Below are positions 51,260 through 64,000 of a DNA stretch of 64,000 nt, one piece after another (the first letter of the stretch is position 1; each line of letters starts with the position of its first letter). The stretch is taken from contig NC_058368.1 in assembly GCF_018350175.1 (NCBI RefSeq), positions 147,748,001 to 147,812,000 of the forward strand. The letters are read 5' to 3'. Under the pieces are notes generated by a model. It was not told the origin of the DNA. It saw only the letters and a list, made by a program, of their open reading frames with translations, and did no database searches. Source of the stretch: Felis catus. Its lineage: Eukaryota. Position numbers and translations under genes: made by a program.

Positions 51260-54130
51260 GGTACCATTTTTGTCCATTTTCAAGTAAGTTAAGGCACAGA
51301 AAGATTAAACTAGAGGTACAGCATTACCAGATCCTATGTGTTGTTTAAACACCAGTGGGCTTCCGGCACAGTCTGGCCTCTTAAAAGATATCTGTGAAAG
51401 TTTCTCCTGATGTTGAGGAATAAAGATGTAAATTCAAGAAAGAATGTTGCCTCTTAAATAAAAATGTGCACTAATTAAATTTTTATTTAAAATTATTATT
51501 AAGCAATACATGTTTGGTATGAAAATTAATCCAATGATTGATAAATATAGAAGTCCCTCTGTCTATTCTCTGACTCCAATAGTACAAATAGTACAATTAG
51601 TACTCAACAGTACTCTCAATAAGTACATGAGATCCAATAATCTAAAATATGGGGAGGGGAACCTTACTTTGCCTTATGTTTGACATGATTTTTAAAAGTT
51701 TTTATTGTTTTGTATACTTTTTTCAAATAAACTGTGATGTTCTTGGCGATGCTTTCTTTAGTTTTAATTTTGTTATCACCTTATTCTACAACTTTCATAT
51801 TTTACATATTTACATTACACTGTCCAAAGCAAACCTGTTTATTGTTTATTATCTCAGCCACTATATAAAAATCTTGAACATCTCTCTGATTTATCAACAT
51901 AGTTCACAAGGTCAAAACAATCACGGTGCCCAGGAGAATATCAGCTATAGGACTGATTATCAGCCAATTCAGTGTATATGCCCACCACTGACCTAATCAT
52001 AAAGGCAAGGAATTGGTATCAATGCCACCGGTAACTAGGGGAGAGGTCAAGCCCTCCAAAACTTCCTGGCTTCTTTGAAATGGAGAATGTTTCATGGGAA
52101 ATGATGTTTACCCCATTCTTTAAATAAATCTACTTATTTCTCACACCGAGAGGGCAGATGAAGTGAGTTTAATTTTCTTTTTCCTTTGTAAGAGACCTAT
52201 GCAGACACTTGTAAAGATTATCTTATTTATCCAGAAAAATTTCCTTATATTCACTGGATATGACTAAGTCTCCATTTAAAAAAATTACATTCAAGGATGT
52301 GACCTTTTAATGATAGAATAAGGTCTTTGGACATTTCAGGAAAGCTTTATTGTAAGTTTGAATACTTTTTATTGTTCTGTTTTATTGTTTGTGAAATAGG
52401 TAATATGTATGTATAAACACACACATCTCTCTCTCTATATATATATCTGTACACATAGAGAGAGATACAATCTTCTAATGGCTGTTTATTCTTCATCCTT
52501 TTTCATTTTGTTGGTATAACCTTTCAAAGCTTTGTGGTTATTATGTGTTTTCCAAAGTAATATCAACCCATAAGTTACTTAATTTATTATAATCTAGTAT
52601 AATATGATAAGTCAAACTCCATAATTCCACAACAGTCATTGTAGAAAGTTAGCATTCATAAACAGTTATACAGTTTATATTTTCATGTAGATGTCCCTAT
52701 TTTCACATGGATTTAAGATGTGAAACACACATATAAGTGCTCCTATGCATGCCAATTGATTGAACTATGACAATTATAAATGATTCTTCAGTTTTAAAGA
52801 GTTTGCTCTTTTTAATATTCTATTATTCTGACAAATGGATGTTTTCTTGTATGAGTAGTTTTAAATTTAGAAAGAAAAGAATCACTTCAAATAAAAGTCT
52901 GAGAGATTTATAAACAAGAATTTCAACAATCATCCTGCTGAATTGTCTAGTTAGACACTGATTTATGAGAAAGATGTTCCTCAGATGAATAAAGGGAAAG
53001 AAGAACTCAACTAATACGATCCATAAAACTCAGTGTGGAGTCTATTAGGGCTTGAAGACTTTTTACTAGTTTGGAAAATGAAGCAGATGTCTCATTGAAC
53101 AGGAGACAATAAAGAGAATACTAAAAATATGCAGCAGCACAGCCACATCTGTGTCAATTTTTCTGACCTGGTATTTTTGAGAAAATTAAGTCAACGCTCA
53201 TTTTCCACTTGTTTTAGCTATGTCCACTGTAATTGTGACACTGAATTCAAATTTGTAATTCATAAACATGGGACTGAGGTGCCAACCTGAAATAGAAGTG
53301 ATAACTCAGGTTTTATACTTTAATTCATCAGCCAAACATACCAAACAGGCCAATATAGTATGAAGGTGACAATTTTCTTGTTACTAATGATAACATAATC
53401 AATCCAGCTACATATTTCTGGAAAGCAACAAAGTAATGTTCTTCCTAAAAGATGGTGTCTAAACTTGAATGGTTCACATTACTTCACTCTAGTTTTCTGG
53501 TTGTATTCTATGATTTTAAAAAATTCCTTTGAAATGAGAGCATTCTTAGTTGTCGTATAAGGGTACCTGATTCCTTTCAAAATTTCTCATAAAATAGTTT
53601 TGTGGAATGCAAAACAAAGGAGTGCAAGTTTGTTGCTTTTATATAAACTCAATACCGTAATAATAGTCTCCACAGCTTTATGTTTATAGACTTCTATGTT
53701 GTGTACAAAGCACATTCCTAAGATATTTAAATAAGCATATGCAAATATATATAATATTTTCTTATTTTAGTTAAAACAATTAGCAGAAAAGACTTTTAAA
53801 ATATCACTTGGGATTAAAATTATTTAGAATTAGATAATGGTTACATTGTAATTTTTCACTTGGGCACATGATTTTGGAGATAAGGAAAAAAATCAAATTA
53901 TTAGAAACTAACCTAGAGGAGCTTCTCTTCAACTGGCAGGAGGAAACCAAAAGATAAAATTAAAAATTTATTATATGCATAAATATTCATTGAGATATTT
54001 CATTTATGATTTAATTTGATTCATTTACTTGAAATTGAAATAAGTACATATTAAGGAATATATTCCCTAATATGAATCAGATGACTTAAAAAAAGAAGAA
54101 CGAGAGAAATAAGTATGTATGAGATATAAT

Positions 54131-54459
54131 CAGGTGTACAATTCCTTATTCAAATCCCAGGGGCCAGATGTATTCTAGAATTGGGATTTTGTCTGAATTT
54201 TTTAAAGGTAACATTTTGCATGTATCTTGTATTATGTAACATCTAATGGAGTTCGGGATGGCACCACCTAATCAAACATGTTAATACTTCATATATATAC
54301 ATATATATACGAATATAAAATATGAATATTTAATTTAAACAAAAACATCAATAAATATTCATATATAAAGTAGGTCTTATTTTGTCACTATATGAAAAAA
54401 CCTTTTGGTGATTAGAATTCTTTGGATACTGGAATTGCAGATGAGACACTTTGGATATG
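54131..54459. mobile_element. MER46C-like (TcMar-Tigger) DNA transposon
   Basis: caggtgtacaattccttatt...ggggccagatgt...taatcaaacatgttaata...ggaattgcagatgag matches the recalled MER46C consensus. Confidence 0.8.
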
Positions 54460-57449
54460 TATTACAACACAAATTTCCCTATTTATGGGTTTATTCTGCT
54501 TTGTACTCTGAACTATGTGAAATGTTCCTGGGTTCCAGCCATTTGACTACAGTCATGAGCAGTTAATAATTTTTGATGATCAAGGTGGTATTTGGGCTAT
54601 TCCAAGCTCTTAACTATTATTAAAACATGAGGAACTTCATTAAGCAGCTCTGAGAATAGGGAGCCTATTATGAGGTAAAAGAATTATGAGGTAAAAGAAA
54701 ATATTCCTTACTATGCTAAGGACAACCAAACCCAGACAGAATTAGATCAGATGCATTTACATTTATTTACATTTCTATCATCTCATAATCATTAAATTTC
54801 TTACTTAGAGTTCTTTTCTTATACTTTCAATTCTTTTATTGAAGTTGTTGTATTATCTCTTATCTTTATGATTACATGTTTCTGTGAACATTATACATTC
54901 TTCTCTCAAGTGTTTGTTAATCTTTCATTGAATAAAATGATTTCCATTTTCTTTTCTTTTTCCCCCCATTATATAAACAATCTTATATTATTCTACATAT
55001 GAGCAAGACTGGTTAGAAAATTACTTATTTTTTTCCCTGAAGAGGTTAAAGAATTGTAGAGGATTGAGCTCTGAGCCAAACTCAGAAATTATGGGCCTTA
55101 GAAGTTTAAGTCCTTTTTCAGATTCACAGAGCTCTATGACCATTCAGGCCAGAAAGCTGGGATGTTCCCCCTATATTTGCTCTCAGGCCACAGTATCCTC
55201 TAAGCACACACCAAATCTGCACCTTCTTGAATATCCTTAGATTCTGCAGGTACTTGGATGGTTGGTCATCTTCCCATGTCAAAATAAGTCAATGCCAAAT
55301 ATCACAAGTATCACAAACTTGTAAATGGTGGAATGAGAACTTGAAGTCAAGTTCTCTGAGGCCAAGTCTTCAGGTGTCTCTTTTTATAATTCTATAGATA
55401 TTTCAAAAGGTACCTTTTGATGAGTGGAGTCTTTTATTACCTCAAAATATTTACCCTTTCATGAACTGCAAAATTTGATCTGTTTAATTCTGGCAAATGT
55501 CTTCGATATGATTTTGCTCTACTGCTAGATAATAAACAAAGACAAACAAACAAACAAACATTAAAGGGCTGGACTTTAATTATAGACCTAAACCAAACAA
55601 CTAAGGAAGAATCTCTGTGCCTAGTTCCAGAACTGTGCTAGAAGCTCCACACTTCCTCACACTCATATGTATTCATAAACTGTTTCTAAACATTGACCTT
55701 AAAGGAATATCTTTCAACTTGATAAATTTTAGAATCCTGCTACTAACTGGTACAGAATGGATTGTCAGTCTTGAGATTTTGGTTTCACTTGGAAAAGATG
55801 GGTTTATTCTATGTTGCCAAAAAAGAGAAAGTGAATAAAGATATGTAATTTAACTCATTAATAAGGGGAAAGAGAAATGTATGAACCTCAGAAGAAGAGA
55901 AAAACATGTTTGAAAATTGTTTGATCACTTAAACTTTTTATTCTTATCAACACTAAAGCATATCCTCCATTAGAAAAACAGTAGGTGTGACTGAATTGCT
56001 TTTAAATGACTTTCAATGATTCCTTTTTGTGATGAGACATTAGAATAATTTTACTATAATTTCATAAAATTTTATTTTCATTTGTTTTGTCTCTCTGTCA
56101 AACTTGAGATGACTGATGAAAAGAATGTGTAAAATAGAATAATTTTTGCTATTGAAAATTGTCTAGGTTTCTGTAGATAGAACTATGATCTCTATTTTTA
56201 AAGTTTTAAAATCTTAAAAGAAGAAGACTTGAAGTTTGTGATACTTCTATTAGACAATAAGATGGTGAATTCATCAGAAGGTCAAGGATTTTCAACAGAT
56301 AATAGTTAATGTTCTGGGAAAATGTTACAAGAATAAATTTCCCAAATTATGTTAAACCTCATAATAAATAGAAGTAAATTTGGAATAGGGAAAATTACAA
56401 AAAAATAATTATTGCTTCAAACCTCAAAAATAGTTTCATAATGTAAGAAGCACTATTAAATAAACTGGGCATTTCTTTGTATTTATTGTATAAATACATA
56501 CATAGTTACATGTCAATTCTGCTGGATTGTATTCAGAGAATTTCTCAGAATTCCTTTTATTAAAAAATGTATCTGCAGAAAAAATTAAATCCCTTAGGAA
56601 TTTCAAAATCACATCTCAGAGAAATACAAAAGGAAGTACAGACTTGTATCTGAGAATTAATTTTAACCCTTTGTGTCTAGTTTGAAGCTTCTTGTCTTTG
56701 TCTAAAATTACAAGCCAGAATTTTGTATCTCCATTGATTATAAAAAAATGTGTACAATGTAAAGAAGTTTTGCATATACTTGTACTGTACATGGGCTGAA
56801 TTAAAAAAAAAATAAAGAGTTGAAGCAGAACTTTGTAATTTGTGTAAAGTATGAGTGTACAGTTTTACCGTAAAATCCTAAAAATATACATTGTTTCAAC
56901 TAAAACCAAAAAATTCAGTATTAAAATGTGCAATTGCTTTAAAGATAAAAAAAAAAAAAAGAAAAGCTTAAGTCACCTGAAATCTAGCAAATTATACACT
57001 TGATGTAGAATCTATGATTTCCTCTAACTCATATTTGGTAATATTATTACTATTTCAGGATAAGATAGATATCAACTGAAGTGCCCTCTTCAAATTACAT
57101 TTGAGATCTGCATGCTTCCTTCCCATAAGGGCAACTTCCTTCTTGTTGACTTCTGGCTTCTACAGCTTATGGATCATCTTACCTCCCTTCCCAGTAGTTT
57201 GCTCCTGTTTTGGGTCACACTGTCCTAGATGTGATATATGGCCTACTTTATTTGATTTGTATACCATCACTAAAATAACAAGCAAGCAAATAAAAAAAAT
57301 AAAATGAGCTTATATAATTGATCTCATTATAGGTCTAGAAAAATCAGTTAGGGTGTTTCCACAAAAACACCAAGCCATACATTTTAAATATTGAAAATTA
57401 TTTCAAAGTTCATTAGCCACTATTCACAATTTTTTGATACCACTGTATT

Positions 57450-57479
57450 CTTTTTTTTAAGTTTTATTTTTTTATTTAT

Positions 57480-57528
<49 letters not shown>

Positions 57529-57693
57529 AAACAGGGAAGGGGCAGAGAGAGAGGGAGACAGAATCCTAAGCAGGCTCAACACTGTGAGCCCAGAGTCCAA
57601 CACGGGATGGGGCTCAAACTCAGGAACTGTGAGGCCATGACCAAGCCCAAATCAAGATTGGCTGCCCAACCAACTGAGCCACCTAGGTGCCCC
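57450..57693 (-). mobile_element. Can-SINE with a long (GA)n
   Basis: Standard body ending ctgagccacctaggtgcccc. Confidence 0.92.
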
Positions 57694-57697
57694 TGTT

Positions 57698-57822
57698 CCT
57701 TTATTTATTTATGTATTTTAAGATTTTATTTTTAAGTAATTTCCAGAGCCAACATGGGCTTGAATTCACAAGCCTAAGATCAAGAGTCACACACCCTACT
57801 AACCTAGCCAGCCAGGCATCCC
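57698..57822 (-). mobile_element. Short old Can-SINE (SINEC_old-like)
   Basis: agattttatttttaagtaat...gatcaagagtcac...agccagccaggcatccc. Confidence 0.85.
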
Positions 57823-58265
57823 TTGTTTCTTTTATCTATTGTGTTCCTCATTCCCCTTTTTCTCTCTGCTTATCTCCATCACCAGGTTTTATTTTGTTTT
57901 AGTGTTTGTTTTAATTTAAAGCTACTGATTATCTATCTGCTTCCAACCTGTCTTCTTAGAGTCTCACATGTACTTTAGAGTATTTTCCTAATATATCCTT
58001 GAAAAAACTTCTTTCCAAAATGGAACTATAATGCTAGTGAATGAAAGAATCGTTTTTATAGTTACTATAATTATATTTTATAATTATTAAAATCATATAA
58101 TCATTATTAAAGTTTAGTATTTTTTCAACAAACTCTGTTTTCCAATAGTAAAATTTTGTGGACTCTAAAAAAGCTGTCTGTTTGCTCCCCAAATATAACA
58201 TTGTCATGACAAAGTACATTTATTATGTAGCTGGAACATTGTGTCATTGAAAGATCTTCTCCTCA

Positions 58266-58375
58266 GGGGTGGCTGGCTGGCTCAGTTGGTATAGCATGTG
58301 ACCCTTGATCTCAGGGTTGTTTGAGCCCCATGTTTGGTACAGAGATTACTTACAAATAAAATCCTTTAAAAAAAT
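58266..58375 (+). mobile_element. Short old Can-SINE (SINEC_old-like)
   Basis: ggggtggctggctggctcagttggtatagcatgtgacccttgatctcaggg...agagattactt; flanked by ttctcctca on both sides. Confidence 0.88.
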
Positions 58376-60651
58376 GAAAAACAAGAAAAACAAGAGAGAC
58401 ATTCTCCTCAGTTTTCTAAGTATGCTTGATGCAATGTATCAAATAGTGTTTGTTGAACAATGAAGATATTTTTCCCATGTGGCCAAGGGACAATGGAATT
58501 AAATAAGAGCTAAATATTTTCTACCCTACAGAGGGGATGCCTGTTATGTGTTATATGTTCTATGTTATATGTGGCTCTATACTATGTATTACTTTATGCT
58601 ATACAATATTATCTCTTTCCCCTAGGTGTTTGCTTTCCAGTCATGTGAAGGGCTCTCTAAATGACTGTCTAGCTTTAGATGTCCTAAATTTGGAATAGAT
58701 GCTGAGGTAAATGGAAGAGGAAGAACTGGTTCACTCTAGAATGTTCCTTTCTGCATCTTTCCCCTCTGACTCAGTTCTATCTTGGTGGTGAATTATACTC
58801 AGGTACATAGGGGAATGTTACTCATCTTTCCCCATAGGTTGTTGGCTCTTCACACTAAATCTCAACCCTAGTGCAATCCTCTATACAGCTGGGTTCACTG
58901 TGCCAGACAAAATTTCTATGCATCAGAGAGAGTTTCCAGTAGACCTACGGTAATTGGGGGATAAATAGCTGTTACTGCCATAATATACAGCGTAAGGGAT
59001 TATACCTGATGGGAAATCAGGCTAAATCCCTGGGCAATGCATGTGGGCCTTGCTCAACACAGATGTTAGGAAATTAGATTATTGCCCTGACAGCTTTAGG
59101 CCCTGAAGCATGAGTTCCTGCTTTCTTTGAAGTTGGTGTTATTAATCTTTCCCATTCTGTCCTCAGTATTTCTGGATAAGCTTTAACTTCCATTTGGGCT
59201 TTAATGCCTTTAACTTCTTTAACTTCTCCAGGACCAAATTTTCAGAATTGTGAAGTCTGTTGTAGCTAAAATAGCATCCATAATACGTGCACCACTGTTA
59301 CATGTATCACTAAAAGGAAGGGAAGGACAAATCTCTGCCAATTTAATGTGGACCCAATTTTTTATGTCACCTAGAGTTTTTTTTTTATTCTTATTGAAAT
59401 GTCTCTTATATATCACTTTCATGCATAAGAAAGAAAACGTGAGAAAAATAATTGATTGATTCTAAAACTATGACTTCTTTATATTCAGAGTACAACTTTT
59501 TGAATTGGGATCATCAGTGTGCTTACTTTTCCCTCACATAATTATCCTCTGATTATCAGCATTAATGATTTGTCATTTCCTAAAAGAATGCTGCACTACA
59601 TTCTCCAGGATTATTACCCAAACAGCTGACACCATTCTAAAATTTTTGATAGATGGGGGCAGGTAATAACAACTACCTTCTCCCAGATGACAACAATTAT
59701 AAGTTGTCCAAAATTTGGTATGTTAAAATCTCAAAAAAAAAATCCATGAAATAATGCAGTTGCATTTTATCTGGAAATTTCAGATTCTCAATCACCATAA
59801 CTAAATTATGGGCATGTTGGCTTCCAAACATCTAGGACTCATCCCCCATAAACACTCCTGACTCTGCAGTGGCACATTTTCAGTAGTCAAAAAAAAAATC
59901 CATGTATTATTGAGTTCTTGGTAGCACAAGGTTGCATTTTGTGTAGAAAATCTTGCTTCCCTATAACCATGGCGAAAATATGAGTAATTTTAAATTGCTT
60001 CCAGTCATAGATTTTGCCCCAATAAGCTGTCCTCATCCAGGGCTTGGAAAATTTCCAGAAACTGGTGGTATAATTCATTGTATCATGGAAAGTGTGGTGC
60101 CAACAGAGTCCTATGCATTCTGGGAAATCCCTAATCCCCCCTCCCCCCTCTCTCCATACACATGTGTTCACAATTATTCCAACATTTTCAATGTTGCATG
60201 GAGAAATCTTGTAAGCAGATTATAGGGGTTTATATTTCATTAATGAGCCAAGTGCCTATACTGGTAGTAAACTAAGGTTTAATAATTGATAGGTATCCTA
60301 CCACAGAAAAGGGAGTCTGTCAGCATGTCCATAGTAACTATTCCTCAAGTCTGTGGCCCCAGAAGTAAAACACGGTCCTCTATTCTCCTTGATTTCTTCA
60401 AAGGAATGTCTGGAAACATGTGTGCATGTACATAGGAAACATTACCAATATTTGAGAAGACAGAGGGAAAACATGAAAATGTAACAAAAAACTTAAATTG
60501 AGTATTCTTCATCCTTATCCTCAACAACATTTTCGTGGAGATCTAAGCCCCCTGACCCTCTCTCATTCTGCTGTTCACAAATTCTTTTCTTATTCCTCCT
60601 CTGCTCTCTTTGACACATTCAACATTCTGTTTCACACTCTTCTGCTCTGCT

Positions 60652-60658
<7 letters not shown>

Positions 60659-60689
<31 letters not shown>

Positions 60690-60698
60690 CTCTCTCTC
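60659..60698. repeat. (CA)n(CT)n microsatellite
   Basis: Direct reading. Confidence 0.95.
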
Positions 60699-62989
60699 AC
60701 TCCTCTGCTTCCTTTTGTACCATAATTACTACTTCTTTCTTGTCTATAGAGGTTTAATGATCTCTTCTCTATTTCTTCAACTCGTATATTAATTCTTCTA
60801 AGGGTTCATGGAGGTAAAAAAAAAAAACTCAAATAGAAATTAAGCCAGCCATATTTCCCATGGCCTGTATAGTTCTCAAAGACATCATGGAAGGGTTAGG
60901 CTTGAACTGGAAACTGAAGTACAGAGAAAAATGAGAAGAATCGGAAAGAAATTCTTGGCAGGAAGTCATAAGGAATAACAGAAGCATGAGGGAGAATTAT
61001 GCCTCACTTATTTGGAGAAATTAGCTCCCCATAATTAGTTTGAACCAGCCAGTCACTTTAGCATAAGCCCTTCGGCTTCACTCGGGCACTCTTGCTTTGG
61101 CATCAGTGGTAAAGTGCATGCTTACTAAAATCAATTCATTGAACAGGCTGCATTAGGGAATGTCTTTTTTAGTTCTAATTTCCTAAGCCCCTCCTCCAGA
61201 AGTTCATACTAACAGCTTCTGGGATTGGTGCTATGAATATATAATAATTTTATTCGTTTTAAAGTTTCCATCTGACTTAGTGATCAGCTAGATTAGTAAA
61301 TTACTTCATTTACAATTATTTAATTTAGTTACATGATCTAATATTTGAAGCAATCATTCTGAGGAAGAAAACATGTTTTTCAGGGAGAAACAAGTAATAA
61401 TGCAAGAGTAAAATTCTGAAAGGCAGAGCCATGGGATGTACCACTAAGATGGGCACTTTAAGACACTGAGTTTACTATGTAGTAAGAAGGTAAAGGGAAT
61501 TTATAGCATAGGGGAAAATAAAATTTGGGATGTAAATATTATTCCCAAGGAAAGGACCTGGAAAAGTAGTAAAATAAACTTTCTTATATTTGCTATTTTG
61601 TTAGCAATGTTAAACAAACATTTGTGTTCATCTGAATATCATCTGATTGACATTGTTTATTATCAAGGCTAGGGTTGGGGGTGGTGGTATTTGGATGAAA
61701 CTGACTGTTGCTTATATTGTCCAAAGCCCATGAGTCTTGTGAAGGAACTAAAGCATCTTTCTGGTAGAATTATGTCATACATGTTTCTGCACAAGATTAC
61801 TAACTCTCCTTTGTTCACTGTCCAGAGTCCCCTGGGGGAATTACATTCTACTATGTTTCAACCTCAGGATCTCTAAAAATCTATTTGTTTAACTTAGTAA
61901 TTGCCACTTAGCTGCTGTGTAATAAACATCTTTTGAATATGTGAATGATTGAATATATGATTGAATGTAGAGCAAGCTCATCCTGAAGAAGGAAAGAAAA
62001 GTTTTACTCTCCCACTAAGCTCTCCAGAGTTCTTGGAATGGTCAAACCAGATTTCTTATATCATGTGTCCATACAGCACTTCCATCAAAAATTATATCAA
62101 CTATCTAAATTTTCCCATAAGTCCTTTAAACCAATGAAAGTCTTTTCCATTATTATAGAACAGCAACCAGAACAATAATAATATTGAATACAATTAATAT
62201 TTGTATATTTATTGTGTTTCAGAGATTCCCAATAGCCGCCGAAAACTTCTTTCTTCCTCTGGCCAGGCAACCTTTCAGAGAAAATTCTTTTGTAATAAGA
62301 GAATGCTTGTAGAAGCTTCTGTGCTGACCTCCTCAATTCCAAAATCTTATATGGCTTGAAGAAGAAATTTTACTTTTAACCTGGTCTTTAGGGGAAACAT
62401 TCCTGCTGATTCCATGGCCCAAATAACATATGATCTATAGGTTTATGCCATCATGACTAAACAGTGATTTCCTATTTAAATGGTAACTCATTATGCCCTA
62501 TCATCATGATTATTCATATAGTGATATTAACTAGGCAAAGCTCAACTGCTCTGAGCAGATTAGCTACTCAAAAAGTCCAGTATTTAATATCACTCTTCCT
62601 TAACATTTCCAGTAATTGCCTACAGGTTCTTACACCTGTTCCGAATCAAGCCTGATTATTCTGTGATGGCATGGAGACACAGACACTTCTTTACATATCA
62701 TAAAACGCTTGCGTTCCTGGGTTATACTAAATTTATCTTGTCTATCACATAGTCTGGAATATTTGGGGTTATTTTACATTTTTTAAATTATAAATTGTGT
62801 CAAAGGGCTGTTAGACCAAATACCAATCACCTAGAATGGAAGTCTTTGGAAAGGTCACATTTCCGATTAGTCCCTTCCCACTTGCCAAGTGACAAGATCT
62901 TGGCCCTCATCTTTCTATGTCCCTACTGAACCTAGTAGCCCTGCTTTGTCACTTATTTTCCCCTTTTTTGGCCTTGTTATCTGCTATGC

Positions 62990-63387
62990 TTTGACATGAC
63001 TACTAATAACTCACCTGCACAACCACAGTGGAGACACTGTCAGTTTTGACACTCCAGGGCATCTTCTATTCTTTTTGTGGTTATCTTTTGGAATTCTTCA
63101 TAAAGTTGATTTCTGAAAGCCCATTCATTTTTCGCCTGCATTCAGGACACATATATCACACTGTTTCCCTCACATTTCCATCTGGACATTTAAAAGGCAT
63201 CTTAGATGTTAATTCAGAATCTTAATTTCCTCCCCCCACCCCCCCAACCCCGCAACCGTCCCACAGTATTTTCTAAAGCAGCAAATAGCATTCTATTGTT
63301 GCAACTGCTTACATAACAAACTTGGAGATACCTGTTTCTCACACACCTCACATCCAGTCAATGAACATATCCTGCCACATCACATTT

Positions 63388-63433
<46 letters not shown>

Positions 63434-64000
63434 CATTTCTCACTCTTTAACAGCTGCCACCATGATCTTAGCTACCATCATTTTGAATTTGGATTATTGC
63501 AGTATCTACCTAATTGATCTCCCTGCCTCAGTGCTTGCCCCTTCTACACTCTATTCTCAACATATCATTCTGAGTGATTCCATAAAGTTGTTAAAGAAGA
63601 TCATTTTATGACTCTTCTCAAAGATCTTCAGTATACTTCTCACATCATGAGCAGTAAAAGGCAGAGTCTCAAAGAGGATTATATGATCTCAAGTGGTTGA
63701 GCCCTTTGACTTCTCACCTCATCGCCACCACTCATATCCTCCCTGAGCTTCAGGGGCATCATCTTTCTTGTTGATCTTTGTGACAAGCAATGCCCCACTT
63801 GGAGGGGGGGGTGTTACACTTACTGTCTAATCTGACTTAAATATTCTTCTCTCTTTTATCCATATAGCTCCATTCCATATTGTTTTCATAACTGTATTTG
63901 TGAAAAAAAAACTCTGACCAAATAACGTAAATAGTAATCCCATATTAACTCACTCCTCCTGCATAATTATTACCTTTACTCTGCTTTAATTTCCTTCCAC
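62990..64000 (+). mobile_element. L2 (L2a-like) relic running off the window end
   Basis: catctggacatttaaaaggcatctta...ggattattgcagtatctacctaattgatctccctgcctc...ctattctcaaca. Confidence 0.75.
63391..63430. repeat. (CA)n microsatellite
   Basis: Direct reading. Confidence 0.97.

Noticed and set aside
54667..54698. 16-bp tandem duplication attatgaggtaaaaga
   Set aside because: Ordinary short slippage duplication
57391..57735. ORFs with RERERE or SLSLSL runs (also at 13634, 37924, 43651 and others)
   Set aside because: Translations of Can-SINE (GA/CT)n linkers
58266..58340. tRNA-Lys-like sequence
   Set aside because: Head of a short Can-SINE with an A tail and TSD; B box degenerate; not a tRNA gene

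Overview
This is AT-rich, CpG-depleted mammalian DNA, almost certainly from a felid, because it carries many Can-SINEs and several match the cat SINEC_Fc type almost perfectly. It reads as intergenic or deep intronic sequence. I found no credible protein-coding exon, RNA gene, CpG island or CRISPR-like array. The supplied ORFs are short and either fall in SINE/L1/LTR repeats or resemble no protein I recognise. The window is a layered record of transposable elements: about 21 Can-SINEs, several L1 fragments (one with a twin-priming 5' inversion), MaLR/ERVL/ERV1 LTRs, an 822-bp ERV2-like solo LTR with a perfect 6-bp TSD, L2 and MIR relics, and DNA transposons (Arthur1-, Charlie-, MER53- and MER46C-like). 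It also has two perfect local tandem duplications and several microsatellites. I see no evidence for a new biological system. The findings are modest structural oddities and untested regulatory candidates. Repeat family names come from recalled consensus sequences, not from a database search, and boundaries of old elements are approximate.
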